Below are positions 1 through 10,749 of a DNA stretch of 32,000 nucleotides, in pieces. The DNA is taken from contig BAAFSQ010000055.1 in the NCBI GenBank assembly GCA_054661495.1, positions 18,146 through 50,145 on the forward strand. Reading direction: 5' to 3'. Each line of letters begins with the position of its first letter. Position 1 is the first letter of the stretch. A model generated the notes under the pieces. It searched no databases. It was not told the origin of the DNA and saw only the letters and a program-made list of their open reading frames with translations. Source of the stretch: Zygophlyctis sp. KS116 (Eukaryota; Fungi; Chytridiomycota). Position numbers and translations under genes: made by a program.

Positions 1-1791
1 GCTCATCAGTTCATGGGTACAATTTCCAATAAGAATCTGCAAACCGTACAAGGTATCATTTTTTTAATGTTATGTTTTAGATTTTTGTCAAAATAAGCAA
101 TATGCTCAGGCTGAGTCTGCTGCAGAAGTATCGAAGTCGCCAGCCGTATTCAAGTATTTAGCCGAAAAGTATCTTGAGGAAGCAGATCTTTCCAAAGCAC
201 GAAATGCATTTATTAAAAGCGGAGACTATGGCGGTGTGCAATTGATAAAAAAATTAGAAAAGTTTACAGTAATTATAAAGATTTAAATATTTTAGGACCC
301 AGTAAAGAAGCATGCTGAAATCGCAGCATATTTAGGTGACTATGATGAGTCGGAAAGACTTTATTTAAGCATTGATAGAAAAGATCTCGCCATGGATTTG
401 CGAATAAGGTTGGGAGATTGGATTAAAGTAGTGCAGTTGATAAAAAATGGCAGTGGTGCCGATGATCATCTTCTACAAAATGCTTTAAATAATATGGGCG
501 ATTATTTTTATGATCGACAGGATTGGTAGTGATAAAATATTAAATAGTAGGGAACAAGCTACAGAATATTATTCCAAGAGTCGAAGTTTTGACAAGCTGA
601 TTGACTGCTACTTTCTCATGGAAGACTTTGAGAGTTTGGAAAATGTATCCGTTACTATAGAAGATAGTACAGTATTAAAGGTACCATCGAAGTTTATAAT
701 TGACCAGAAAATCGCACAAAAATTCTTTTCAGTCGGACAAAGCAATCAGGCAGTCGACATTTACCTGAAGCTAAATGATTTTTCAGCTGCTATTCAATGC
801 TGTGTCCAACTGAATGAGGTAAAACCTATTTTTTAAAGTTTAGTGGGACAGAGCAGTAGAATTAGCAAGTCAATACAATGTGAAGGATATTGAAATGTTA
901 TTAAGCACATATACCACAATGCTCCTTAATCAAGGGCGGGAATTAGATGCAATAGAGCTACTAAGAAAGGCTAATTACCATGACAAGTCTGCGGCCCTTC
1001 TTTACAAGATTGCCCAAAACAAAGATCACCGCAACCCAATGATGATGAAAAAGCTCTATGTATTGGCTGGACTAGAAGTTGAGAGACACAAATTGTCTTC
1101 AAAGAGACATAAAAACGTTAGTGTAATACTTTTTATTTTCAATTCTAGGTTGGTAATTCTATAATAGATCAATTACTTCTAAATGAATCAAAAGCCATTT
1201 TTGCCAATCCCTGGCGCGGAGCAGAAGCATATCACTTGTACATTCTTGCTCAAAAACACTTTCACTCTGGAAACTTTGAAAATGCCATTATAACTGTAAT
1301 TTATTATTTTTCATGATTAGACAATGGCATTAAGAGAGTATGATGATATTCTACCCTCAAAGACTATTTTCAGTCTTTTGGGACTTGTGAGCTTCCAAGG
1401 AGAAGAATACTCTACATGCTCAAAAGCATTTGTAAAGTTGGAGTCTTTAGGACTCTCTCATGATGATAACCCATACGAAGAACTTGCATTATCTATATTC
1501 ACCAAATTCCCTCCAGTAGATACGCGGACTGATTACCTATCATGTGGAAATTGCCTGGGAAAAGTAAGTCCGAGGTATATTATTTGAATTTTATTTTAGT
1601 GATTTTAACTGCCATCATTGCCTTTTTAAATTCCCAGTCTGTGTAGCTACTGGAAGACCCATTATGGACTCTATTTTTTTTACTTGCCATATTTGCAAGC
1701 ATTCATCCTTTGAAGAAGAAATTTCACAATTCAAGTCTTGTCCTTTAGTAATTTTATTTTAAATTTACAATAGTGTCATTCTAATTTTTGA
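1..1791 (+). CDS. WDR35: Intraflagellar transport protein IFT121/WDR35 (IFT-A), 3' portion; begins upstream of the window
   Basis: Spliced translation gives DRKDLAMDLRIRLGDWIKVVQL, CVQLNEWDRAVELA, KKLYVLAGL, PWRGAEAYHLYILAQK and a C-terminal Cys/His zinc ribbon (CVATGRPI...CHICKH...CPLCH), all typical of WDR35. Introns: 53-80, 269-295, 526-550, 681-707, 819-843, 1123-1148, 1296-1320, 1575-1599, 1748-1773. Stop TGA 1789-1791. Confidence 0.93.
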
Positions 1792-2261
1792 TTTCTTTGC
1801 TTATCTAGATCTGTAGGACCAAAACTATCTGGTAAAAGTTGTGATAATTTAATTTTCTTGAACGAATTCCCAGATTTTGATAAAATTACCTAAATATTCA
1901 ATTTCTCTTTATAATCTTACTGTTAAATCTGATCCAAATTCCACCATAAATTGCCTACAAAACCCACAAGGAGAAATAAATTCATCAACATCTGTTGAGA
2001 TCATTATTGCCTTGAATGTTCTACATCCCTTGCTGACTGCAGAAACAAATGCACTTCTTTCGGCACAAATCGTCCCACCTTTGATAAGAAATTATAGTTA
2101 CCAAATGAAGCGTTTTCTACATTAGTCCCAATAAATACTTGTCCGTCATTTCCCAAGAGAGCAGCTCCAACTCTAAACTTGCTATACGGAGAATAACTAA
2201 ACTGTTTTGCATCGTTTGCTTCCTTGTAGAGTTGATTTAATTCCTGAGAAGATAAATCCAT
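1776..2261 (-). CDS. CDD1: Cytidine deaminase (homotetrameric type)
   Basis: SPYSKFRVGAALL, NVENASFGGTICAERSA, ISPCGFCRQFMVEF and LLPDSFGP after removing introns 2079-2101 (23 nt) and 1890-1920 (31 nt). Stop TGA at 1778-1776. Confidence 0.95.
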
Positions 2262-2277
2262 TCCTAAAACCTTTCAA

Positions 2278-2910
2278 ATGCCTAGAACAGGATCAAATCA
2301 AGTTATTGATCTTACACAAGACGAAGAATCATTATCGGACTTGCAGTATGCGATGCTATTACAAGACCAGGAAATTGCACACGCCGAGAGTATAATCGCT
2401 GATCCCGATAATCGGTTGTTCTTTTTAAATGCATCATCATCCAGATCATCTAGAAGTGAGAGATCCGATGGACCAGATAGATCAAGAGATAGGAGGAATC
2501 ATCGGTCTTTTAGATATCAGCCATTTCCAGTCATGCAGGCTCCAGAGTATTTTGATGATAGTTACGAAGTATACATTTTACTCTAAATTGTTAGGCATTA
2601 ATAGATCTAAGTGAAAGGATTGGAAGTGCTCGGCCAAAGGGAATTCCTCAGTCTCAGTTAGAATTATTACCGTCTAGAATGATCATTTCTGAAGAAGGTA
2701 GTTGCAGTATATGTCTGGGTGATTATGAAATAGGAGATATGGTCAAGGGACTCCCTTGTACTCATTGGTATCATATAGATTGCATTCAAAAATGGTTGGC
2801 AGAGTCACGGTTTTGTCCAGTGTATGTTTTAGATTCCTGAATCGCATTTTTTAATTCTAATTTATAGGTGTAGATTGGATATAAAGACTACGCTTTCTCC
2901 AAATGAATAG
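2278..2910 (+). CDS. RING-H2 E3 ubiquitin ligase (RNF38/RNF44/BB-like C-terminus)
   Basis: SYEALIDLSERIGSARPRG followed by CSICLGDY...LPCTHWYHIDCIQKWL...CPVCR. N-terminal VIDLT (SIM-like) and DLQYAMLLQDQE (MIU-like) motifs. Introns 2569-2594 and 2822-2867. Stop TAG 2908-2910. Confidence 0.88.
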
Positions 2911-4874
2911 GAACAGAATTATTATCACCAGTTAATGCCATAAAATACATGCTGGAAAATACGAGCAGATGCAAACTAGACAAATATCCAATAAATATCC
3001 ATCTTGCAATACGATTAGATACGATAAGCTGAGTTACTATCAAGACTAATCTTTCGGCTGGGTTCATAGATTTGATTCGTTTACTTGCTTCCTAAAATTA
3101 GTACATTAATAAAAGTACTTCCTTGTTGAAATTTTTGAATGGGTCAAGAGAGGTTTCATACACTGTTTTATAACGATTTATAACTTCTTCAGAGTCATTT
3201 ATGGAGAGTCCAATATACTAAAATATAAAAAAAAGGAAATATTACATCAAAACTATTTCTTCGTCCCCTAGAATCATTAAAGGATTCCATATATCTAATT
3301 TTTTCATAAAGTTTGACATTATCAGATCCAAGACTAGAGAGTCTATTCTCTAATCCTTGTATTTTCATTAGCAAATTACGATTTTTCTGTATTTAGTATT
3401 TGTAATTGCTTACTTCTTCTAATTCTTCATTTCGAGCTCTAAAGCGGTCTCTTTGACTTGTTAGTATTGGAACAATATCACTCTTGTTGGAAGATTGATA
3501 GCCTGAAATGTGAGAGCCACCAGACAATAGTGCCTCTAAATCATTCTATAAAGTTTTAAAATCTAAATTACCACTTTTGGAGATATGGGGGATTTCGAAT
3601 CTAAAACTTGGTTCAATTTTACCACGTCTGCCTCTAAGTTTTCCACTAATGTAGTCAGTGAAATAACTCTTGATTCAGACTTTGAAAGTGATTCCTTCAA
3701 TTTTGCTATTTTTTCATCTTGTTCTTCTCTTAAATGCTTCATTTCCATAAGCTGCCCTTGCAACTTTTTATTTTTTTGTGAAAGTAACTGCTCTATGGAA
3801 AGATTTTCAGAACCATCTTCATTGTCTAATTCAATTGTTTTTATAACTGATAATTGCTGCTTGAGTTCATCATAGTCTTTTTTCCCCTCTAATTCACGTC
3901 CAACATCTTTTAATTGAATTTCAAATTCTTTTATGAGAGACAGATCTTTTTGCCTAAAGTTCTCATACTCTTCTGTTTTCTCCTTGAGCAAGAGCCTTGA
4001 ATTTTCTAAACCTTGCTCACATTCATCTAATTTAGCCTAATTTTTAACAAATATTTAAAAACCTTGAATTGTTCAATTTTACAATAAGCGTCTTTCAGCT
4101 CTGCATCCAAAGTATTTGAATTTTTCATTTCCTCGATTTCCTTGACCAGATTATCCTAAAGATTTTAGCTACAATAAGTACTCTTTCAATCCTCAACTCA
4201 AGTGCCCGTTGTTCACTTGTATCTAACTTATCCAATAGACTTTCCAATTTCAGTTTAGATTCATCCGAATCATTTGTTTCGCGATTCACAAATTTTTCAG
4301 TCAAGTTATTGTTTATCGATTTCAATTCTGTTAATTCTTTTCGTGAAACTTCCAATGATCGTTCTAACCCATGTATAGATTCCTTGTAAATTAGAGTATT
4401 TCTTTCAATTTCTTTTTTGTAGTCATCCTTTTCCTTTTGCAATTCAGACTTTAAACTTGCTATTTCCTCATTGAGCCCTTCTACTAACCCTGAAGACACC
4501 CCCATTTGTTCCAATCTTGCATTCTCGCTCTTCAACTCTTCAATATCTGAGAGACTTGTCTGCAATTTTATCAAGAATGGTACGGGATCTGGTAATGAAT
4601 CGCAACGTTTAATAAAAGCGATGCATGTCTTAAAAGAGTGATTGTAATCATCAATTTCCTTTTGATATTTTGTGATTAGAGGTTTGACTTGGCCGTCCCA
4701 TAACTCCTTGTCCATACTCTTTTTAAGGTTTTTTGTGTCTACGCTTCAGTTTGTTAAAATACCTAAAGCCAACGCTCGAAGTGCAGCATTTTTCTCGTTG
4801 AATAGTATGTCACCAGAGAGCTGACTGATACTATTGAGCCAATTGAACTCTCTCCACTTCTCAACAGACTCCAT
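2888..4874 (-). CDS. COY1: Golgin CASP/Coy1 (coiled coil with C-terminal transmembrane anchor)
   Basis: IVPILTSQRDRFRARNEELEE, DNVKLYEKIRY, YETSLDPF and a C-terminal TM segment FIGYLSSLHLLVF with the conserved Tyr and His. Introns: 4739-4762, 4156-4181, 4037-4062, 3546-3571, 3387-3413, 3218-3245, 3092-3118. Confidence 0.88.
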
Positions 4875-4892
4875 TTAAGCTTTGTAAAATTT

Positions 4893-6967
4893 TTAAGAAT
4901 TTAAGCTTTTATTAACATCAGTAAACTCGCTAGTCAATGTCTCCAAGGTATTTGATACATGCTGTTGGAAATTAAATACTTGAACTAGTCCAGTCACGAC
5001 TTGATTTAAAAGCTTTTCTTTTTGTTCCGTGTATTTTCGAGTTAAAGAGTCGTATTCAACAGCTGATTTTTGGGCTTTTTGTTGCGATGTAACCAATAAA
5101 TTGTTGGTTTCAATCTTGAGTCTAGAAATTTGACGATCGTAATTTTCAATTTCTTCAGTCGTGGCTGTTAATAAAAGTCCAATATGCTAGGTTGTAAGTA
5201 TACAAAATTTACTTGTTTTTCTTCCTTGTATCTCAATGAAAGACCTTGAATTCGACTTTCCATATTGACTACTTCTTCTTCTTTTTGAGATAAATTCCAT
5301 GAGATGGCATCAATAGATTCTTGAAGCATTAGAATTTCATTTTGAGTCTTGTGAAAGTCTTGTTTGTAGTTTTGCTTCAGGGCTGATAATACAGGCTAGA
5401 GTTATTTGACGTGGATTTTACCTTTACTCCCGATTTTAAATCAAGTGAGACCATTTTTTCAGGGGTAGAGGCATTGATTTGTAGCTCTAATTCACGACTT
5501 ACAGCTTTGAGCTCTGATAACTGACTGCCCAGAATTCCCAATCTGAATGCTCCAGTATTATACTCTTGGACAAGTTTTTCTAGCTAAAAATAATTAAAAA
5601 GAATAATTACATGATCCATTTTCTTTTGAATTTGAATTTCATTGTCCCAAATCTCTTTATTGACTTCATCAAGCTTTGCAGAAACAATTTCTAAAGATTT
5701 GACCAATTGATCACGTTCAGAATTCATTCGATCAACATCTGCTGGGGATATTTCTTGTGCATCAACTGTTGCTTGCAAGTCAATTTTTTCTTGAGCCAAT
5801 GCATTAACATCTGCATCTATTTTTTAAAATATCAATTAATACCAAGTATATCTAAATCAGCCCCAATAGCCAAGATTGAATCATGAAGTTTTTGCTGTTC
5901 AGACTCCATCTGGCAAATTGTATCTTTTAGTTTCTCTCCTTCATTTTCGAGCCGATCTTGCTCATTTTGAATTCGCACTAAAGGAGTCTTTAATTAACTT
6001 TAATTAAACATCATACATCAGTCCCACTAAGAGTTTCCCATTCACTTTCAAGAGTTTTAATATCCATTTTCAACTTATCAATATCGCGAATCACTTGCTC
6101 ATTCTTCTTCTCTAACCTTTTAAACTTTAAAATTACCAAAACTTTTAATTAAATCATCATCAGTTTCCGTATCAATTCTTTCTCCTGTTTCTAAAAACGT
6201 AGCATAAGTTTTCTTTAAATAATCAAAAAATATCCGTTCGGACAATTGAATATCATCCAGAGGCCCATCTCCCATATATGGATCTTTAGAGTCCAACTTT
6301 TCACAACACTTGAATTTAATAAAAATTATTTTACCAAAATAAGTTCCATCATCCACATTAGTGTTGCCAAGAGTGTAGGCCATGCATGCAAGGATCCAGC
6401 AGAATAAATAATTGACTTTGAGATCCCATCTGCATAAGGATATCTAATTATTAGAGTATTCTTAATACCTTAGAGACTTTAGTACATGAGTAACATCCTC
6501 TTCAATTTTTTTATTGAATGGATAGTCTGGATCCAGTTGCCCATACAAAAATTTAAAAATCATTTGAAAATCCTTTGACGACGGTGTTTGTAATGATTTA
6601 AAAGAAATAGATGATGCATTATATCCACATTGAACCAAGAAAGAAATCAATGAACGAATTGCATTCGACTGCCAAGACTTTTCACGAATTGGCCGTGGAT
6701 CCTTTGAAGGAAACGCAGATCCAAACTGCGACGACCGTTTACTTTATCATAAAATAATAAATTATACCCAAAATTACTTTCTCTTTTCTTACTTATCCCT
6801 ACAGCCGCCATAGAATCAGTTAAAGAGTTTATATTAGACTTTCTACTAGACTTTCCCGGCGCCAGAGACAAACGTGAATTCACATAGTTTTTACCATTAT
6901 TATTATACATTGGTAAATTAGTTGCATCGGACAGGACAGAGGAAGCTAAAGTTGAACGTCTCTTCAT
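4893..6967 (-). CDS. NDC80: Kinetochore protein Ndc80/Hec1
   Basis: Basic N-tail (MKRRST), KDPRPIREKSWQ, CH domain PSSKDFQMIFKFLYGQLDP...LRYPY...HAWPTLL, and QEISPADVDRMNSER. Introns: 6742-6767, 6444-6468, 6309-6334, 6112-6136, 5988-6016, 5817-5842, 5584-5610, 5396-5421, 5187-5212. Confidence 0.93.
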
Positions 6968-7031
6968 TATCACAGGAAATGGAAACGGAAATTAAAACAC
7001 TAAAATCTTTTAATACTTTTAATCTATAAAG

Positions 7032-7690
7032 TTAAATGACTGGTTTGAGAGACTTCCATAGTCCATCTCCTAAAAAATGAATCACTTGTATTCCTATTCC
7101 TTGATTTGATGATTTTCTAAATGATTAAATATTAAAACAGTACATGTCATTAATAGATTTTACTAATTTCCCTATTGCTAATGCATGTTCCTTACCTTGT
7201 GCATTAACCATTACAATTGTCCCAACAGGTAAATCCATCTCTGGTAATCTACCGCCTAGCATTACAAAGTAGAAAAATACCAGCAGACGTTAATCCAGGA
7301 CACATTATATCAGCGCCTTTTAGAATAAACTTTATTGCTCCTCTGTCAACTTGTACACTTGGTAATATATCAGGATCTGCCATTATAAATACTAAAATAC
7401 ATTTATGAACCAACTTTAAGACTGGGATCCATGCATTATCTTGATCCAATTGCAAAATCAAAAAATCTTCTTCTGATCTAGACCAGATGTGATAATCTAT
7501 ATTCTTTTGAAGAAATATCGGACTCTTTTTAGGAAATAAGTCATCCAAGTATTCAGTGATTCTATAATTGATAAAATAGAAATTACGATGGGAAAGCGGT
7601 AGAGAGATCTTTTTTTAAATTTCTTAAACTGGACGATTTTAGCTGTGTAGACGATGATATGTCAGACTTTGGACTAAACTTTTTAAACAT
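7032..7690 (-). CDS. TMA20: Translation re-initiation/ribosome recycling factor Tma20/MCT-1 (PUA domain)
   Basis: MFKKF start, [45 protein letters not shown] and HFLGDGLW. Introns: 7562-7586, 7377-7400, 7256-7280, 7117-7143. Confidence 0.93.
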
Positions 7691-7732
7691 TTTCAACCCA
7701 AATCTTGACCTAAAATGAGCGCAACTCTTGCT

Positions 7733-9403
7733 CTATTTTGATGCTAGTCCTGAAAAAAATGGGAGATTTAACAATTCTGTATCATGTCTAAATCCTTTTT
7801 CTTCTAGTAAATAGTTTATAGCCAATGTAGAATTAGATTCCATGGCTAATGCAAGAATTTCAAATCTGTTTTCTCTTTTACTAAGATCAATATGTTCTAG
7901 TAAATATTTGAAAAGATTCATGTTTATATCTTGAAAAAGATTTCTGAAAACTTCTATAGTAGGCGTTATATGTATCTCTTCAACTAGGTACTTTACAATT
8001 GAGAATGTTCGATCTAGAAAACTATTCACGGCTGAAATTAAAATTCCAGTATCAAAGATTGCATCATTTTCTGAATAGAGTCTGCTTTGATCCATTTCAA
8101 CAATTTGAGTCAAATATTTTACTACTTTTAAACCTCCAGAATCTACTGCATTGATTAAAGTTGATTTTGAGATTTTGATTCTGGATTTTTCAATCAAGTA
8201 TTTTAAGATATTTAAATGTCCAAAAGAAGCCGCATCATCTAAATTTTCTTGATCTGGAATAATTCCAACTTTTTCTACAAGATATGTAAATATTGTGAGT
8301 TTTCCACCAATTCCAGCAATAGTCAGAGATACTTTTGTAGCTTCAATGTTTTGATTTTCAATTAAATACCGTAACATGGGTAATGAATCTCTTCCAATAG
8401 CTATATGTAACAATAGTACACCTGGACGAAGATTGTAGTTGTTTATAAGGAATTTCATCAATTCTAAATTATCTGATGCAACTGTGTCAGACAGAATATT
8501 AGGGTAAATCCCAACATTTCTTTCCAATAATAAATAAAATATAACTGGATTATAACCACCATCAATTGCAGAAGAAAGAGTTTCAGCATCTGGAACAAGT
8601 CCTCTTTTTTCTATAAGATATAAAATGACATGTTCAAGCCCCATTATAGCTGCAGTATTTAAATGATCATTATCCAATTCAAAACCTTTTTGATCTACCA
8701 AATAGTCTATAACCTTGAAGTTTTGTTTATATATCAGTGATTTAATCCAGAATTTTTTCTTTAAAGCCGACATTTCAGCAACTTTATTGATTGAATCATA
8801 CAAGTAATCTGCTATATTCAAAGCCTTTAGTCTAACTGCAACTTCAACAGTTTCTAATGAAGGTGTAGCCCCTATTGTCTCTACTAGATACTGAACCATA
8901 TGAGAATTTTTATGATAAATAGCATTAACAAATGCAGAATCAGTTATCCAACACCCTCTATCAACAAGTATTTTCACAATATCAGTATTATCCATTAAAA
9001 CTGCATGAACAACTGCCAGACAATTTGATTTCTTAAAATTAATTGTAGGATTTTCCAATAGTTTAAGCAAAACTTTTAATTTCAATGGAATATGAATTGG
9101 AATATTAAACCAATATTCTAGCGCCCGATCCTTCCCTTTATCCAAAAAAGCATTATGTAATGCTAATGCATTGAGAGAATCTCCTAATATAGCCTCATTT
9201 TTATGAAAATAAGCAGTAGCAAGATTATATGCAGAGATCAATGGTAATTTCTTCATTATTTCAACCGCCACATCCTCTGATATTCTGGGCATGGAAGAGG
9301 TAATTTTGACTTTTTTAAGAAGAGGCTCTTTGATCGCATCTAAAGAATTAGTAGGAGCTCCAATGACTTGAATGCACAAGAATATTAACCAATTGTAAAT
9401 CAT
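7733..9403 (-). CDS. Intronless ankyrin-like repeat protein (556 aa) with predicted signal peptide and F-box-like segment
   Basis: First in-frame ATG is at 9403 (the ORF-track start at 9472 is TTG). N-terminus MIYNWLIFLCIQVIGAP, then about 12 degenerate repeats such as AASFGHLNILKYLIEK, AVDSGGLKVVKYL and VASDNLELMKFLIN. Confidence 0.8.
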   Translation of the reverse strand: MIYNWLIFLCIQVIGAPTNSLDAIKEPLLKKVKITSSMPRISEDVAVEIMKKLPLISAYNLATAYFHKNEAILGDSLNALALHNAFLDKGKDRALEYWFNIPIHIPLKLKVLLKLLENPTINFKKSNCLAVVHAVLMDNTDIVKILVDRGCWITDSAFVNAIYHKNSHMVQYLVETIGATPSLETVEVAVRLKALNIADYLYDSINKVAEMSALKKKFWIKSLIYKQNFKVIDYLVDQKGFELDNDHLNTAAIMGLEHVILYLIEKRGLVPDAETLSSAIDGGYNPVIFYLLLERNVGIYPNILSDTVASDNLELMKFLINNYNLRPGVLLLHIAIGRDSLPMLRYLIENQNIEATKVSLTIAGIGGKLTIFTYLVEKVGIIPDQENLDDAASFGHLNILKYLIEKSRIKISKSTLINAVDSGGLKVVKYLTQIVEMDQSRLYSENDAIFDTGILISAVNSFLDRTFSIVKYLVEEIHITPTIEVFRNLFQDINMNLFKYLLEHIDLSKRENRFEILALAMESNSTLAINYLLEEKGFRHDTELLNLPFFSGLASK

Positions 9404-9457
9404 GTAGATTTTCAGTAAAAACGGTTGCGTTTCTGGGTCGGTGCCACATAAATTTTC

Positions 9458-10730
9458 ATGGAACTTCGACAACGCAGGGGAAGCTTTTTAGAGAATCTCA
9501 AGGATTTTGATGCATATGCTAAACCACTAGAGGATTTTCAGGTGAAAACTATTTCAGGTGCTGCAGTCACGATTTGTAGTTTGGTTTTAGTGTTTTTGCT
9601 ACTCTCATCAGAATTTAATGACTGGCTATCAAGAGAATTTATTCCTTCTATTCGAATAGACCCTGGTAGGAAGGAGAAGATGGCTATTTATTTAGATGTC
9701 TCCTTTCCTCATATTCCGTGTTTCATGGTTGGGATTGATGTCATGGATACCGCTGGCGATTATCAAAATGATATACATACTGATATGTTTAAACAAAGGC
9801 TAGATAGGTATTATTAAATATTTTAATTCTTAAAGAAATACGGGACAAGTGTTGGCTGATAAAGTACAGGGCGTGGTGGGAGAAAAGACGCATCATGATC
9901 TTGTAGAGGCAAGAAAAAATGGAACTTATTGTGGAGATTGTTATGGGGCTAAAGAAGGTTGTTGTAATACTTGTGAAGATATTAAAAAGGCATATGAAGA
10001 AAAAGGTTGGTCTTTGAAAGATTTAGACACTTATCAGCAGGTATTTTTATTTTTCAGTTACAATAAAGTGTGTTGATGAAGGAGAGGCACAAAAGTTAAA
10101 GGATCAAATGAATGAGGGATGTAATATTCATGGGAAACTGTTGATAAATAAAGTTGGAGGTAGTATTCATTTTGCTCCTGGAAAGTCTTATACGAAAAAT
10201 GGAGTTCATGCTCATGATTTAAGTCAGTATATGCGTGGGACTACTTATGATTGGACTCACGATATAAAAGAATTAAGATTTGGAGAAAATATTGGTTTTA
10301 ATAATCCATTGGATAATGTAAAGAAAAAGGTGGAGAGTCGTAAGTTTTGTTTTTTAATGTTCTAGCTTGGATGAAATTTGACTACTATATTAAAGTAGTT
10401 CGAACTGATTTTACTTATTTAAACTCATCTATCATAAGTACTAATCAATTTTCAGTAACAGAGCATGAAAAGGTAATTCCTACATTTATGGGGCTTCCTC
10501 AAGACATGCCTGGTAACTTATTCTTTTAAATAGTAGGTATATTTCTGACTTTGGATATCTCACCAATGATGATAACTTATACTGAATATCAGAAGCCTTT
10601 TTCACATTTCCTTACTGATACTTGTGCGATTATTGGAGGGATATTTACTATTGCTGGGCTTGTAGATGGATTTATATATTCTGCCGAAAAGCGGCTTGGG
10701 AAAAAAATGGATTTAGGGAAAGCTAGCTAA
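9458..10730 (+). CDS. ERV46: ER-derived vesicle protein Erv46/ERGIC3
   Basis: DFDAYAKPLEDFQVKTISGA, YCGDCYGA...CCNTCEDI, EGCNIHG, HFAPGKS, TNQFSVTEH and CAIIGGIFTIAG. Introns: 9808-9835, 10041-10068, 10340-10365, 10513-10536. Confidence 0.95.
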
Positions 10731-10749
10731 ACATAATGATGTCTTATTT

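Noticed and set aside
9404-9472. N-terminal extension of the ankyrin ORF overlapping ERV46
   Set aside because: The ORF-track start is TTG. The first ATG is at 9403 and directly precedes a signal-like peptide.
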